From positions 2,540,011 through 2,602,010 of the forward strand of contig MU054117.1 of assembly GCA_013239625.1 (NCBI GenBank): DNA of 62,000 nucleotides. The letters are read 5' to 3'. Positions 1 to 9,920 of this stretch are shown here, one piece after another (within the stretch, counting starts at the first letter, position 1; every line of letters starts with the position of its first letter). This DNA is from Lama guanicoe. Lineage: Eukaryota. Under the pieces are notes generated by a model, which was not told where the DNA came from, ran no database searches, and worked only from the letters and a program-made list of their open reading frames with translations. The position numbers and the translations under genes were made by a program.

Positions 1-454
1 GGAGCAGCGCTGTACCAGTCACCTGCTTCCAGGCTCCCAGTTGGGAGGAGACAGGGCACTGGGAACCGCGGCTCTGCTTGCTTGTCTTGGTGTCCCAGGG
101 GCCTGTCCTAGTTGGGTTGGCTTCAGGCTGTTGGTTTCTGATTTCCCAGCAGCTTGTCCTCCCTTGTTCTCTGCACACAGCTGAGACCAGCTGCCCGCCT
201 GCCATTCCAAGTCGAGCTTTGCCAGACCTCCTTCACCCTTGGTTTGAGGTTCTGTGGGTTTGGCGCAGTCCCTGGGGTCCGGCATCTCCACCCAGGCATC
301 CAGGACCTGGACGAGCTTCAGATGAGAAAGACAGCTGTATGGTTCTCTAATCTCCTCCAGTGGGTAGAGGATTAAGCAATTTTTTGGTGGGTTTGTTATT
401 ATGTATTACGATTTTTTTTAAAAACAAAAGCTATTGTTTTTTGCATGTTTTTTA

Positions 455-590
455 GGTTCCTGTCATGCTTACTAAGTAGCACTTCATGAGTTATCTAACT
501 TAATCCTTCCAGTAACCCTCCGAGGGAGGTATCTGAAACACCAGAGGGGAAGAAGCTCGCCCAAGATCTCAGCTTCATCTCACATTAAAG
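455..590 (-). mobile_element. MIR SINE fragment
   Basis: 'ttatctaacttaatccttccagtaaccctccgagggaggtat...gctcgcccaagatc' resembles the antisense MIR core; heavily diverged. Confidence 0.55.
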
Positions 591-693
591 TCCTGAGACT
601 TAAAGATTTCCTAGGAGGGCCCTGGTGTGGAAGAGTTTAAAGAACAGTTTGAGACCATTGATGGAATCTTTGAAAGGAGCTGAGCGGGGAGGA

Positions 694-1105
694 TACAAAA
701 CAGAAAGAGACCTACAGAGATAGATAACAAATTTATGGTTCCCAAAGGGGAATGGGGGCTGGGGATAAATTAGGAGTTTGGGATTAGCAGATATGCAAAT
801 TACTATATTTATTTTTCAAATGGAAGGATTTGAGATGGAACCCAGGACCTCGTGCATGCTAAGCATGTGCTCTACCACTGAGCAATTTCCCTCCCTTTTA
901 ATTTTTATCTGTTTATTTATTTTTCAAACTGTTATATATAAAATAGATAAACGACAAGGTCCTAACATATAGTACAGGGAACTACATTCAATATCTTGTA
1001 ATAACCTATAATGAAAAACAATATATAATATTCACTGAATCACTATGTTGTACACAGAAACTAACATTGTAAATCAGTTAAACTTCAATGTAAGAAAAAA
1101 AAAAA
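694..1105 (+). mobile_element. L1 3' end (cetartiodactyl-type 3'UTR), 5'-truncated, interrupted by a SINE
   Basis: 'gggataaattaggagtttgggattagcagata...acaaggtcctaacatatagtacagggaactacattcaatatcttgtaataacctataatg...cactatgttgtacacagaaactaac' followed by an A tail; collinear with the copy at 50888-51309. Confidence 0.9.
821..895 (-). mobile_element. tRNA-Ala-derived SINE (vic-1-like), nested in L1
   Basis: Reverse complement gggagggaaattgctcagtggtagagcacatgcttAGCatgcacgaggtcctgggttccatc is a tRNA-Ala(AGC)-like body. Confidence 0.9.
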
Positions 1106-1169
1106 CCCAAACCCCACTAAATTCTCTTTTCAAACACCAACAGAAAAATCATATCTTCAGAAATTATAC

Positions 1170-1370
1170 ATAATGACTCCAGATAATGCTTATGAAAAAG
1201 TGCCAAGCAAATACTGTAAGATATAAAACTGTATATACTATAAATTCTAATTTTTAAAAAACTTGCAGAAAAGACTAGAGGAAATAAACCAAAAATGCAA
1301 ATGATGACAGTGATTATAGTGACCTCTCTTTTTTATGTTCTTCTGTGGTCTCTAAAGTTTCTTTAGTGAC
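1170..1370 (+). mobile_element. Ancient L1 (L1MC/L1ME-like) 3' end remnant
   Basis: A-rich 'gaaaagactagaggaaataaaccaaaaatg...ttttttatgttcttctgtggtctctaaagtttctttagtga', typical of old L1M 3' termini. Confidence 0.45.
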
Positions 1371-1559
1371 CGCTACCACCAGCAGCAAAGTCTCGGTGTC
1401 TGGGGACTGCGGGTGCCTTTGCTCAGACAGGACGCCCCCTGCCCTGGGGCGCGAGGGCTCCAGCACTTGGCAGAGCCGGGCGTGGGCCATGCTCTGGGAG
1501 GGGGCCCTCTGCCCTGAGCCCCTCTTCCTTCCTTCTCTGTCACATGCTGCCCGTCCAGT

Positions 1560-1860
1560 TTTCTCCCTTAATTGGCCGTAAATTTATAACTGAAGAACGG
1601 TTTTCAAAACTATGTGTTGTTTTATCGGTCTCGTTTCCTGAAGACTCTGGCAAGGAGACATTTTATATTTCTTACTCGAAAAGAAAGCCCTAATTTAAGT
1701 TCCTTTCCACTCATGTGATCCCAATTGATTTTCGTCTCTCTGTAGCTCAGATGGTCTTTGTCAGATAGAAGAATTTTCTGCTCCTGCCTTAAATGGCCTC
1801 TGAAGGTCCAGTTTAAAATGACAGTGCATTGCCATGGCTGGTTAGATAACACTGGTCCAG
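1560..1860. promoter_or_regulatory. Candidate SRF/GATA enhancer
   Basis: Two perfect CArG boxes, CCTTAATTGG (1566-1575) and CCTTAAATGG (1787-1796), plus AGATAA (1844-1849) and TGACAG (1819-1824), in DNA not recognised as repeat. Confidence 0.45.
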
Positions 1861-2149
1861 CCTGCTGTCACACAGAGGGATGGGGAAGCTGGCTGTTCTG
1901 ACAAAGTTCTGTGGCTGACTATGCAGCTGAGACTGAGCCCCACGACGGCCTAGAGAACGCTTGTGACCCTGACTCGGGAACGGCCTTTCTGTTTGTGTTT
2001 TGTGGATATTGGTCAGGACGGAGCCCATCACCTGGCGTTTGAGGCCCCTACACACATTGTTTGGATGAACACCGGCCTTTGTGGCAGCATCCGCTCCCAG
2101 TAACAACACTTCCTGTGATCTGTTGTGTTCGAGGGTACCCAGAGAATGG

Positions 2150-2215
2150 TCTCCTGTAGCGGTTAAGAGAGCAGATTTTGGATCCCAGAGATTCAGATCC
2201 TGGCCCGCTAGCGTG
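2150..2215 (+). mobile_element. MIR 5' fragment
   Basis: 'gtagcggttaagagagcagattttggatcccagagattcagatcctggcccgcta' resembles the MIR head. Confidence 0.55.
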
Positions 2216-2219
2216 GTCA

Positions 2220-2693
2220 TCTATCTACTTACCTGTCTGCCTGTCTATCTGCTGTCTGTCTATATATGACCTATATGTTTAATTTATTACGAGGAATTGA
2301 CTCACGTGATTAAAGAGGCTGAGAGGTCCCACCACCTGCCGCCTGCAAGCCGGAGACCCAGGTGGTGGAATTTGGTCAGAATTCAGAGGCCTGAGAACAG
2401 GGGAGCCCGTGGGGTAAATTCTAGTCCAAGGACGGGAGAAGATGAGTGAGATGGGATGTCCCAGCTCAAATATTGAGGCAGGGAAAGAGGGATGAACTCC
2501 TCCTTCCTCCATCTCTTGTCCTTTTCAGGTCCTCAGTGGGTTGGCTGATGCCCACCTGTGTTGGGGAAGGCGGTCTTTTACTGAGTTCATGGGTTCAAAT
2601 GCTAATCTCATCCCAAACACCCTCCCCCAGCAATAAGGTGTAATCTGGGCACCCCATGGCCAATTGAGTTGACCCGTAAAATTCACCTTCACA
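2220..2693 (-). mobile_element. ERVL LTR, MLT2 family (MLT2C-like)
   Basis: 'gaggaattgactcacgtgattaaagaggctgagaggtcccaccacctgccgcctgcaagccggagaccca...gttgacccgtaaaattcaccttcaca'; the right end is the reverse complement of the MLT2 start (TGTGATGGTTAATTTT-like); adjacent (CTAT/CTGT)n tract. Confidence 0.85.
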
Positions 2694-3350
2694 AGTGGCA
2701 TTAAGTACATCCACTTTTTTTTTTTTTAGTGGAGGTACTGGGGATTGAACTCAGGACCTCTTGCTTGCTAAGCACGTACTCTACCACTGAGCTGTACCCT
2801 CCCTCTCTAAGTACGTCCACATTGTTGTGCAGCCATCACCACTATCCGTTTCTAGAACTGTTTCATCATTCGAAACTGGAATTCTGTACCCCCTTAAACA
2901 CTAACTCCCCATTCAGTCCCAGTATGGATTGGAGTCCCAAGGGTCAGAGGGGGCAGCCATGCAGAACCGGGCAGTGTCAGAGCCCACTTACTGCTAGTCC
3001 CTGACTGAGCCCCCCATTCAGGGGGTCCCTGGTCTTCCGGGGTGCCTTCCTTGCATCCTTTCTTCCCGCCTCTGGAACTGCCGTCCTACTTCCTGTTTCT
3101 ATGGACATGGCTCCTCTAGGGACCTCACAGAGTTGGATCTCACACACATTGTATTTGTCCTTTTGTGACTGTGACCTATGTCACTTAGCGTACTGTCCTC
3201 AAGTCCATCCATGTTGCAGCACGTGTCAGAATTTCCTTCCTTTTTATGGCTGAGTAATATATTCTGCTGTTTGGCTAGACCACACTTTGTGTATTCATTC
3301 GTCTGCTGGTGGGCACGTGGGTTGTTTCTGCCTTTTGACTACTAGTGTCA
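2694..3350 (-). mobile_element. L1MB-like 3' end fragment, interrupted by a SINE and a ~150 bp non-L1 segment
   Basis: 'agtggcattaagtacatccacattgttgtgcagccatcaccactatcc' and 'catccatgttgcagcacgtgtcagaatttccttcctttttatggctgagtaata' are L1M 3'UTR motifs in antisense. Confidence 0.85.
2715..2807 (-). mobile_element. tRNA-Ala-derived SINE (short form: tRNA body + polyA)
   Basis: Reverse complement gggagggtacagctcagtggtagagtacgtgcttAGCaagcaagaggtcctgagttcaatccccagtacctcca + A tail; 13-bp TSD taagtac(a/g)tccac at 2702-2714 and 2808-2820. Confidence 0.95.
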
Positions 3351-3412
3351 CTGTTGTTTAAAAGCAAATTCCCACCGTCCCTCTTCCCAGTTTTTCCAGG
3401 GATTCCCCAGCC

Positions 3413-3460
3413 TGTGTGCATGCATGTGTATACACACTCACACACGCTTGCACACACACA
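3413..3460. repeat. Degenerate (TG)n/(CA)n alternating purine-pyrimidine tract
   Basis: tgtgtgcatgcatgtgtatacacactcacacacgcttgcacacacaca. Confidence 0.7.
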
Positions 3461-3899
3461 TTGTATCACTGAAACGGTGGGTGCACATCATCCATAGTAA
3501 TACCTGGATGTTCACAGGTTATTTTCCTGAGCGTTGGATCCATTCATCCTCTTCCTCCATCAGGCTGGACGTGCTCTGAGTCCAGGAACTATAATTAGTA
3601 ATAGTTCCGTTTCCTGGGTCCTGGGAGTCGGTTGCAAGAAGTGGCGAAGGGTGGAGGCGCTGAGGTCAGACCGCATGGCCGCATCCTGCGTCTGGCACCA
3701 TGGCCTGTCGCCTTCCTCTGCAGTGCACTGCTTGTCCACTTTGCAGTGGGGACAATGGGGTGGCCTCAGTGGGCTCCTCTGAAACTTAAACGAGGTAATC
3801 CACAGAGAGGGCGTGGCACGGCGTCCGAGGCATCACAGGCCCTTCAGTGTTGGCTGAAGAGCGCAGTAAGGTCTCCGCATCCCTTTCCAGAATTTGCCT

Positions 3900-4330
3900 T
3901 TCTGTCTCAGTTTCCCCGCGAGGCGGCAAAAGCATGAGAGGAGTGGGTGCCCCAGTGTGGACTAGAGTCCCTGGGCAGGGAGGCGGTGCAGGACCAGGTG
4001 GAGAGCGGCTCACAGCCGGCCCCTGCGCCCCCCACACCCCCTGCCTACGCGCTGTGGCCCTGGTCTCGGAGGCCTCCCCGCGGCCTCTCTCCTGCGGGGC
4101 CGCTGGTCTGCGGGGTGGACTCTGGGGGAGGCCTTGGGCTCCTTCAGGAGGTGCTGCTGGTGAGGCCGGCGGGTCCTTTGCCAGCTGCTTCCCCTTCCCG
4201 GGGCCGTCGCAGGGCACACGGGCCGCGTGGAAACCGGAGCCGCCCTGGCCCAGCCAGTCCGCACCCCCAGGTTTGCGGGGCGCCTGGCACCGCTCGGGCG
4301 GCCTGCGCTTGCCCAGAGCTGATTGAACAC
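3900..4330. promoter_or_regulatory. CpG-island-like segment
   Basis: Very GC-rich with dense retained CpGs (e.g. ccccgcggcc, gggccgcgtgg, cgctcgggcggcctgcgc) relative to the flanks. Confidence 0.5.
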
Positions 4331-4589
4331 AGAAGTTCCTCTTTTTTTTCCTCTCTACTTAACACAATTTTCCTAAGTCTTTGCTGGATCCTCTCACAGT
4401 TCCTTCTTCTGCCAGCATCTAGCTTCAGCTCTCCCGCCCTGGGGAGGCAGGGAGGGGGTTCTCTTGGCGCTGATGTTCTTTGGAGACGCTACACCTGAAA
4501 GCAGAGGGCCGGAGTCACACGGTGCCCGGGGGCAGGCGCCCCTCCGGTCCAGGGGCGGGGGCTTCTGCTGGCTGGCCTGTGGCTTGGTG

Positions 4590-4745
4590 GCACCTGTGTG
4601 ACCTGGAGCCTGCTCACTGAGCTCTCTGGGCTGCAGCTTCCTCATGGTGAGGTGGGGTGATAACACTGCCGGCCCTGCATAGATGGAGGACTCAGTGAGA
4701 CACTCGGTGCGAGATGCTAGCGCGGTGTCTGCCGCACACAGGGAT
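4590..4745 (+). mobile_element. MIR
   Basis: 'tgtgacctgg...ctctctgggctgcagcttcctcatggtgaggtggggtgataacac...gaggactcagtgaga' matches the MIR core and 3' end. Confidence 0.65.
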
Positions 4746-5532
4746 GCTCTGAAAACCTAAGTTCCTTCTGTTTTTATGGGCGAACTTTATTTTTGTTGCG
4801 CCCAGCCACCTGTCTACCGCTCTTCTTCTTGTGACAGCCCCACCCACCCCCTCGGACCCCTTTGTCTTTGAGCTGTCCCTTCTCTCCTCTGGTGGAGCCC
4901 AGCCCGCTGGGTCTTGGGGTGGAGGCTGGTCCCCCCTTGAGGCAGGTCCTGGTGCCTTTCTTCGCCTTCTACGGCCTGGAGCGCTCTTTCTGCTGAGGTG
5001 GTTTGCTCTGTCTTTGTGATTTTCTCCACTTTGGGGAATAAAAGAGACCCAATGTGTGTGGCGCCCCTCTGCACGCCAGGAGCCACCAGGCACGGTCTCC
5101 GTTGTCTTGCTGTCCCAGCAGGCCTGGGGCCTCTTGGCAGCGGTGCTCCTGTTCTGCAGGGTGGGGGACGGAGGCACAGCCAGGCCGAGTGAACGGCAGA
5201 GGTCACACAGGAGGAGGCGCGAGTGGGGCTTGATGAAGCCCGGACTTTATGAAGCTGCGGTGTGTTCTCTGCGTTGGTGGCGGTGCATGGCGTGGAAATG
5301 GGGGTCCCGGCAGCATCGAGTGCTGAGAAAGCCGTGGGTACAGGCCTGGCATGGGGGAAATGTGTGGGAGTGTCAGCTCCGCGCACCGTGTTCTCCGAGT
5401 CTGATGTCCCGAGGGCCCCTCCTCAGGGAACCCCTGGAGCACGCCCTGTCCTCTGACTGCTTCTGGCTAGGCCCTCGGGTATTTGACATCAGGTGGCCTG
5501 TCCTTCCTGAAGTCACCTCCTATTTTACACCT

Positions 5533-6335
5533 TTATTTTTTAGAATTTGCAGTAGAATACACATAACATAAACTTTGCCATTTTAACCATTTTAAAGTGT
5601 ATAAAACATTGGTATTAAGTGCATTCACATCATTGTGCCACCATCACCACTGCCTAGTTCCACAACTCAGTCATTGCCCCCAAATAGAAGCCTCGTGCCC
5701 CTTTGGACATCATCCCTCCAGCCCCCCAAAACCCAGCCCCTGGCAACCACTAACCTGATTTACATCTATGGGTTTGCCCATTCTGGACATTTTGTATAAA
5801 TAAAATCATACCACATGTGGCCTTCTGTGTCTGGCTTATTTCAGTACTGAGCATAGTGTATTCACGTGGTAGCATGTATCAGCATTCCATTCCTTTTTAT
5901 GGCTTAAATACTATTCCATAGCGTGTATAGACTATATTTTTTTCATCTGTTCATCTGTTGATGGACATTTGGCTTGTTTCCACCCCTTGACTATTGTGAG
6001 CAGAGCTGCTGTGAACATCCACGCACAGGTTTTGTTTGGACACCTGTTTTCAGTTCCTTTGGGTACACACCTAGGCGTGGAATCGCTGAATTGGATGGTA
6101 ATTCTACGTTTAACATTTTGAGGAGCTGCCAAACCGTATTCCGCGGTGACTACACCATATTGCATTCCCACCAGCAATGTATGAGGGTTCCAATTTCTCT
6201 ACAACCTTGCCAACACTTGTTATTTTCCACTTAAAATTAAAAAAAAAAAACTATGACTGTCCTCCTGGTTGTGAGGTGATCGCTGTTGTGGTTTCAATTT
6301 GCATTTCCCTGATGGCAAATGACATCAAACATTCT
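5533..6335 (-). mobile_element. L1MB-like element, 3'UTR plus ORF2 C-terminal remnant
   Basis: 'cataacataaactttgccattttaaccattttaaagtgt...cattcccaccagcaatgtatgagggttccaatttctctacaaccttgccaacacttg...ttgcatttccctgatgg'; ORF 5932-6177(-) carries L1 ORF2-like words (MFTAALLTIVKGWKQAKCPSTDE). Confidence 0.92.
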
Positions 6336-7426
6336 CCTTTGGTTTAATACTCCCACTTTCTCCTGACCCAGTTGGGTCTTCCACCCTCCTGTTCGTGTTT
6401 CCGAAACACGGCCTCTCTTGCCTCGACCCTGTTCAAAATGCCCAGATCCTCGGGCAGGTCTTCGGGGACTGGGGACCTACCTGGTGTGGGAAACCCCACT
6501 TTGGTCATTCCCTCACTCCGTGGCCTCTGGACCGCACCATCCTTTCTGTTGCTCCGGGGCCTCCTCCGAGTCTGATCTTTCCTCCTAGGTGGTCACAGTG
6601 GTTTCTGCAGCCGGCTCTCTTCCTGCCTGACCAGGTTGGGGCCAGGCGCCTCCCACGGGCTGGCACAGACCTCCGCCTCCTCACCTTCAGGCAATTCTTA
6701 ATCCTCAGGGTCATTCCTGCCTCCGGCCTGAGTGTCCCCATCTTGTCCGCGGGATTTATTCTGAGAGCCTCGTAAGAGCCTTGCTTCCTCGAGACCAGCG
6801 ACCACGGTCCCTCCAAGTGTGATTCGAAGGCGCCGTTTGCACCTCGGGTGGGTTTACAGTTTCAGGCCTATTTCTGACCCGGGAATCAAAGACTGCCTCA
6901 GCGATGGAATTTCAGGCATGAGCGAGCAGATGGATGTGGTATTTCGGGGGGCAGAGAGTTTGTCTCTGTGCTCCAGAAAGCACTCTGCCATCTGCCTCTG
7001 AGCAGGAGACCCCACCCATCCTGGAAAAAGCCTGGGCTCTGTCCTCCTGCGGGGGCCCTGTCCTGAGCCCCGGCCTCCCTCCCGGGCCACTTCCCTTGCA
7101 AGTGCGGGGTGTGGCCATCTGCCATTGATCTGTCCGTGTGAAGCGTTTACTTTAAAATGATGACTCGATTATTTATAGGAAACTGTGGTTGCTGCAAAAA
7201 ATGAAATAACATAAAAATAATTGACTGTGAGAGACCCCTGCCTCACACCCCCCCCAAACCCAGTGCCCTTCCTAGGGGAACCGCAGGTGAAACTTGGTGC
7301 GGATTCTGACTCCTTCTGGGCCTTTCATCCCAGTGCCTTCGTCTTTCTCATCTAAGAGCAACTCCAAGATATTGTCAGGCTGAGTGTCTCAAACTGAATG
7401 GGTTCAGATGCTCTAGAATGACGCTT

Positions 7427-7552
7427 TTTTTTAAACCTTTTTTTTGGGGGGGTGGGTAGGTAATTAGGCTTATTTAACATAGGTGCTGGGGATTGAACCC
7501 AGGACCTCGTGCATGCTGAGCACACGCTGTACCACTGAGCTATATCCTCCCC
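7427..7552 (-). mobile_element. tRNA-Ala-derived SINE (long form with unique 3' tail, vic-1-like)
   Basis: Reverse complement ggggaggatatagctcagtggtacagcgtgtgctcagcatgcacgaggtcctgggttcaatccccagcacct + aaataagcctaattacctacccacccccccaaaa; TSD tctagaatga(c/t)gctt at 7412-7426 and 7553-7567. Confidence 0.95.
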
Positions 7553-7719
7553 TCTAGAATGATGCTTCTAAAAGCCAGACAGGGGTTGGATTTTTTTTCT
7601 CCCCAGGTAGGACTTGAATGAGGGTACCCAGGGAGGAAAACCTTGAGTGAGGGGGGTGGAGGATCTCCAGAGGCAGATACCAGGGAAATAGACTGACCAA
7701 GGGCAGGAGAGGGGCCTGC

Positions 7720-8030
7720 CGTTTATGTCAGCTGCTGTCACAAGAGCTAAAGCCAGACAGCTCTGGGGTCCACGCGGCCTCGACGCTCACGGACCGTGTC
7801 ATTGTGGGCGAGTGCAGGTTACTCAAAGTTGAGCCCTGGCTTGTTGTGCAGGCTTAGTCCTGAAACAGGGCCTGCGGAGGGTGTCCTGTGAGTCAGGCTC
7901 AAGGACAGCTTTCCTTCGTCCGCTTTGCTCGTGTCCGCTTAGCATCCGCCCTTGACCTTCCCCATGGGCCTTTCTCCCTGCGGCTGGAGCAGAGCTAAGC
8001 AGGTCGCTGTGCTAAAAATAGTGATCCTAC
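7720..8030. promoter_or_regulatory. Candidate enhancer (MEF2/AP-1/E-box)
   Basis: CAGCTG 7729-7734, TGAGTCA 7889-7895, perfect MEF2 site CTAAAAATAG 8012-8021. Confidence 0.35.
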
Positions 8031-9837
8031 CGCCAGCGTCCGAGTGTTCAGTGTGTTTTTACTGCCTGACGAATGGGTGATGGGGTGAGGCTTTCCCGTC
8101 TCAGGGTGAGACGGTTGTGGGAACAGGCACCTAATTAGCTGTTGCTGGTCATCAACACATTAGTGTGAGTTAGGATCATAGATATTTTGACCTGAAAGGG
8201 ATCTGAGAAATGATCCTTCGTTCTACAAATGGGGACATTTTAAAGCTCTAGGAAGGAGAAGCTTCTCCGGGGTGTGGTGCAGCCAGTTAGGGGCCGGTCG
8301 AGGCTGGAGCCCAGGTCTCCTGACCCTGCCTGGGGCTCTGCCTTCTGACGAGAGCACACCAGGGATGGCCTGCCCACCTCTGCTTGGTGTTGCTGCTGCC
8401 AGGTGGAGGGTTGCCGGTGGCAGGAGCTCACAGACAGGCCAGCAGAGAGATGGGCCTTTTGGAGGGATGGACGGAGATCTTGGGACAGTGGCGCTGGGAC
8501 TTGACATGGCTGCTTTGGGGCCCTGTGTCTTCCAAGAGGGGAGGTGAGAGGCCTTTGGGGCTCTGAGATCTGGTTTGGCCACGCAGCTCTGTGGACAGGA
8601 CAGCTAGCTGAGAGCTGGGGGCTGGACTGGGGTGGGTAGGCGGATGTAGCCCAGCGGTCACAGCCCAGTGTGGGGTCCCGAGGAGAGGGTGTGGGAGAGC
8701 TGGTGACTTCTGCACAGATGTAGCAGGGGGAAGAGGGTACAGCACGGGGAAAGGCATAGCAAAGCTGGGGCCTGGAGAGACGAGTGTGACTGCGGTGGAG
8801 GCTGCCCTGGGCCCCAGGGGAGTGGGGGGCACACTGGAGGGTTCCTGTGGCCAGGGCTGGTGCCTTATTTACCTGCTGCTTCTCAGCTGAGAACCATTTT
8901 AATTTTTACATGGATGAGTGAACTATGCTCCTTCTCAATGTCTGAAAGAGAACCAGCAGGGTTTTTTTTTGCACTTTAACATTTTTCTTGTAACCTGTGC
9001 TTTCTGCTAGGTTCTGTGTCACATAGCTGTTCACCCCCCTCTGGTCCAGGCTTGCAGGGCTGACTACGGGTCACAGACCTGCTGGTAGCCAACTGGCTCG
9101 TTGCCTGCTCTTACTCACATCGGCCATTAGATGGCAGCAGGAAACCTGCCCATTTCTCTTCCATGTTGCTTTTCGGTCAAGCCTGTGGCTCTGGGTGAAT
9201 CAACTTGCTCTGGGTCAGTCAGCGTCTCTTCTTGGATGGCATGGGGACTCTCAAATCCCGCATCTCCCTGACGCTGGGGTAGGTGAGAGGAAGGGCTGGG
9301 ATGAGGCTGAGGCAGCCTAATGTCTGAGTCTTCCACAGCGTTCTTGAGAAGTGACCGTCTCAGCTCGGACAGTCCTGTGTTGGGAGGTGGCCCGTCAGGA
9401 GGTCTCAGTGTGACCCAGTCTCTTCCAGCAGTGCTTCCACTCCTGGGAGAATCTTGTCACGTCCCAGGCTGGGGTTCAGTGCCTCAGAGGGGTGTGTCAC
9501 TGAGGAAGTCCAGATGCTCCCGGCGGAGTGCCTGGCGTGGCCCCTGTGCTCCTGCGGACGGGAGCAGTTGTGGTGGAGGGGGACACGGCAAGGCCAGGAC
9601 ATGTGCCACACGAACAGGGGTGCCTACTCACAAAGCAGTTGGAGTGGGGGCTGCCCTGTGTCTCCCTGGCTTGAACTGCTGCCTCACAGGAGCTGCAGGT
9701 GCGTGGGGCTCTGGGGCTGGTCGCGCGCCGGGGTGAGTCATACTCCGCGAATCCACCTTGCACAACCTCAACAGCGCGTGCTCTGGTTTTGGGGGCTCTT
9801 CTCATCTCCTGCTCCTGCCTGGTCTTTCTGGTGGCTG

Positions 9838-9920
9838 TCCCTTTTACAGGTGAGAAATTGAGGCTCAGAGAAGGAAGGGCACGCCCAGCATTTCAAAGAC
9901 AGGATGCTGGCCCTGAGCAC
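9838..9920 (-). mobile_element. MIR core fragment
   Basis: 'cccttttacaggtgagaaattgaggctcagagaagg' is the antisense MIR core. Confidence 0.7.

Noticed and set aside
2729..2803. Apparent tRNA-Ala genes here and at 821, 7481 and 24180
   Set aside because: Stem-disrupting substitutions, A-rich tails and TSDs identify them as SINE copies
3413..3456. Imperfect hairpin that could suggest a miRNA
   Set aside because: Pairing arises trivially from adjacent TG and CA simple repeats
6864..6945. Possible + strand exon (PISDPGIKDCLSDGISGMSEQMDV)
   Set aside because: Weak splice signals and no protein I recognise
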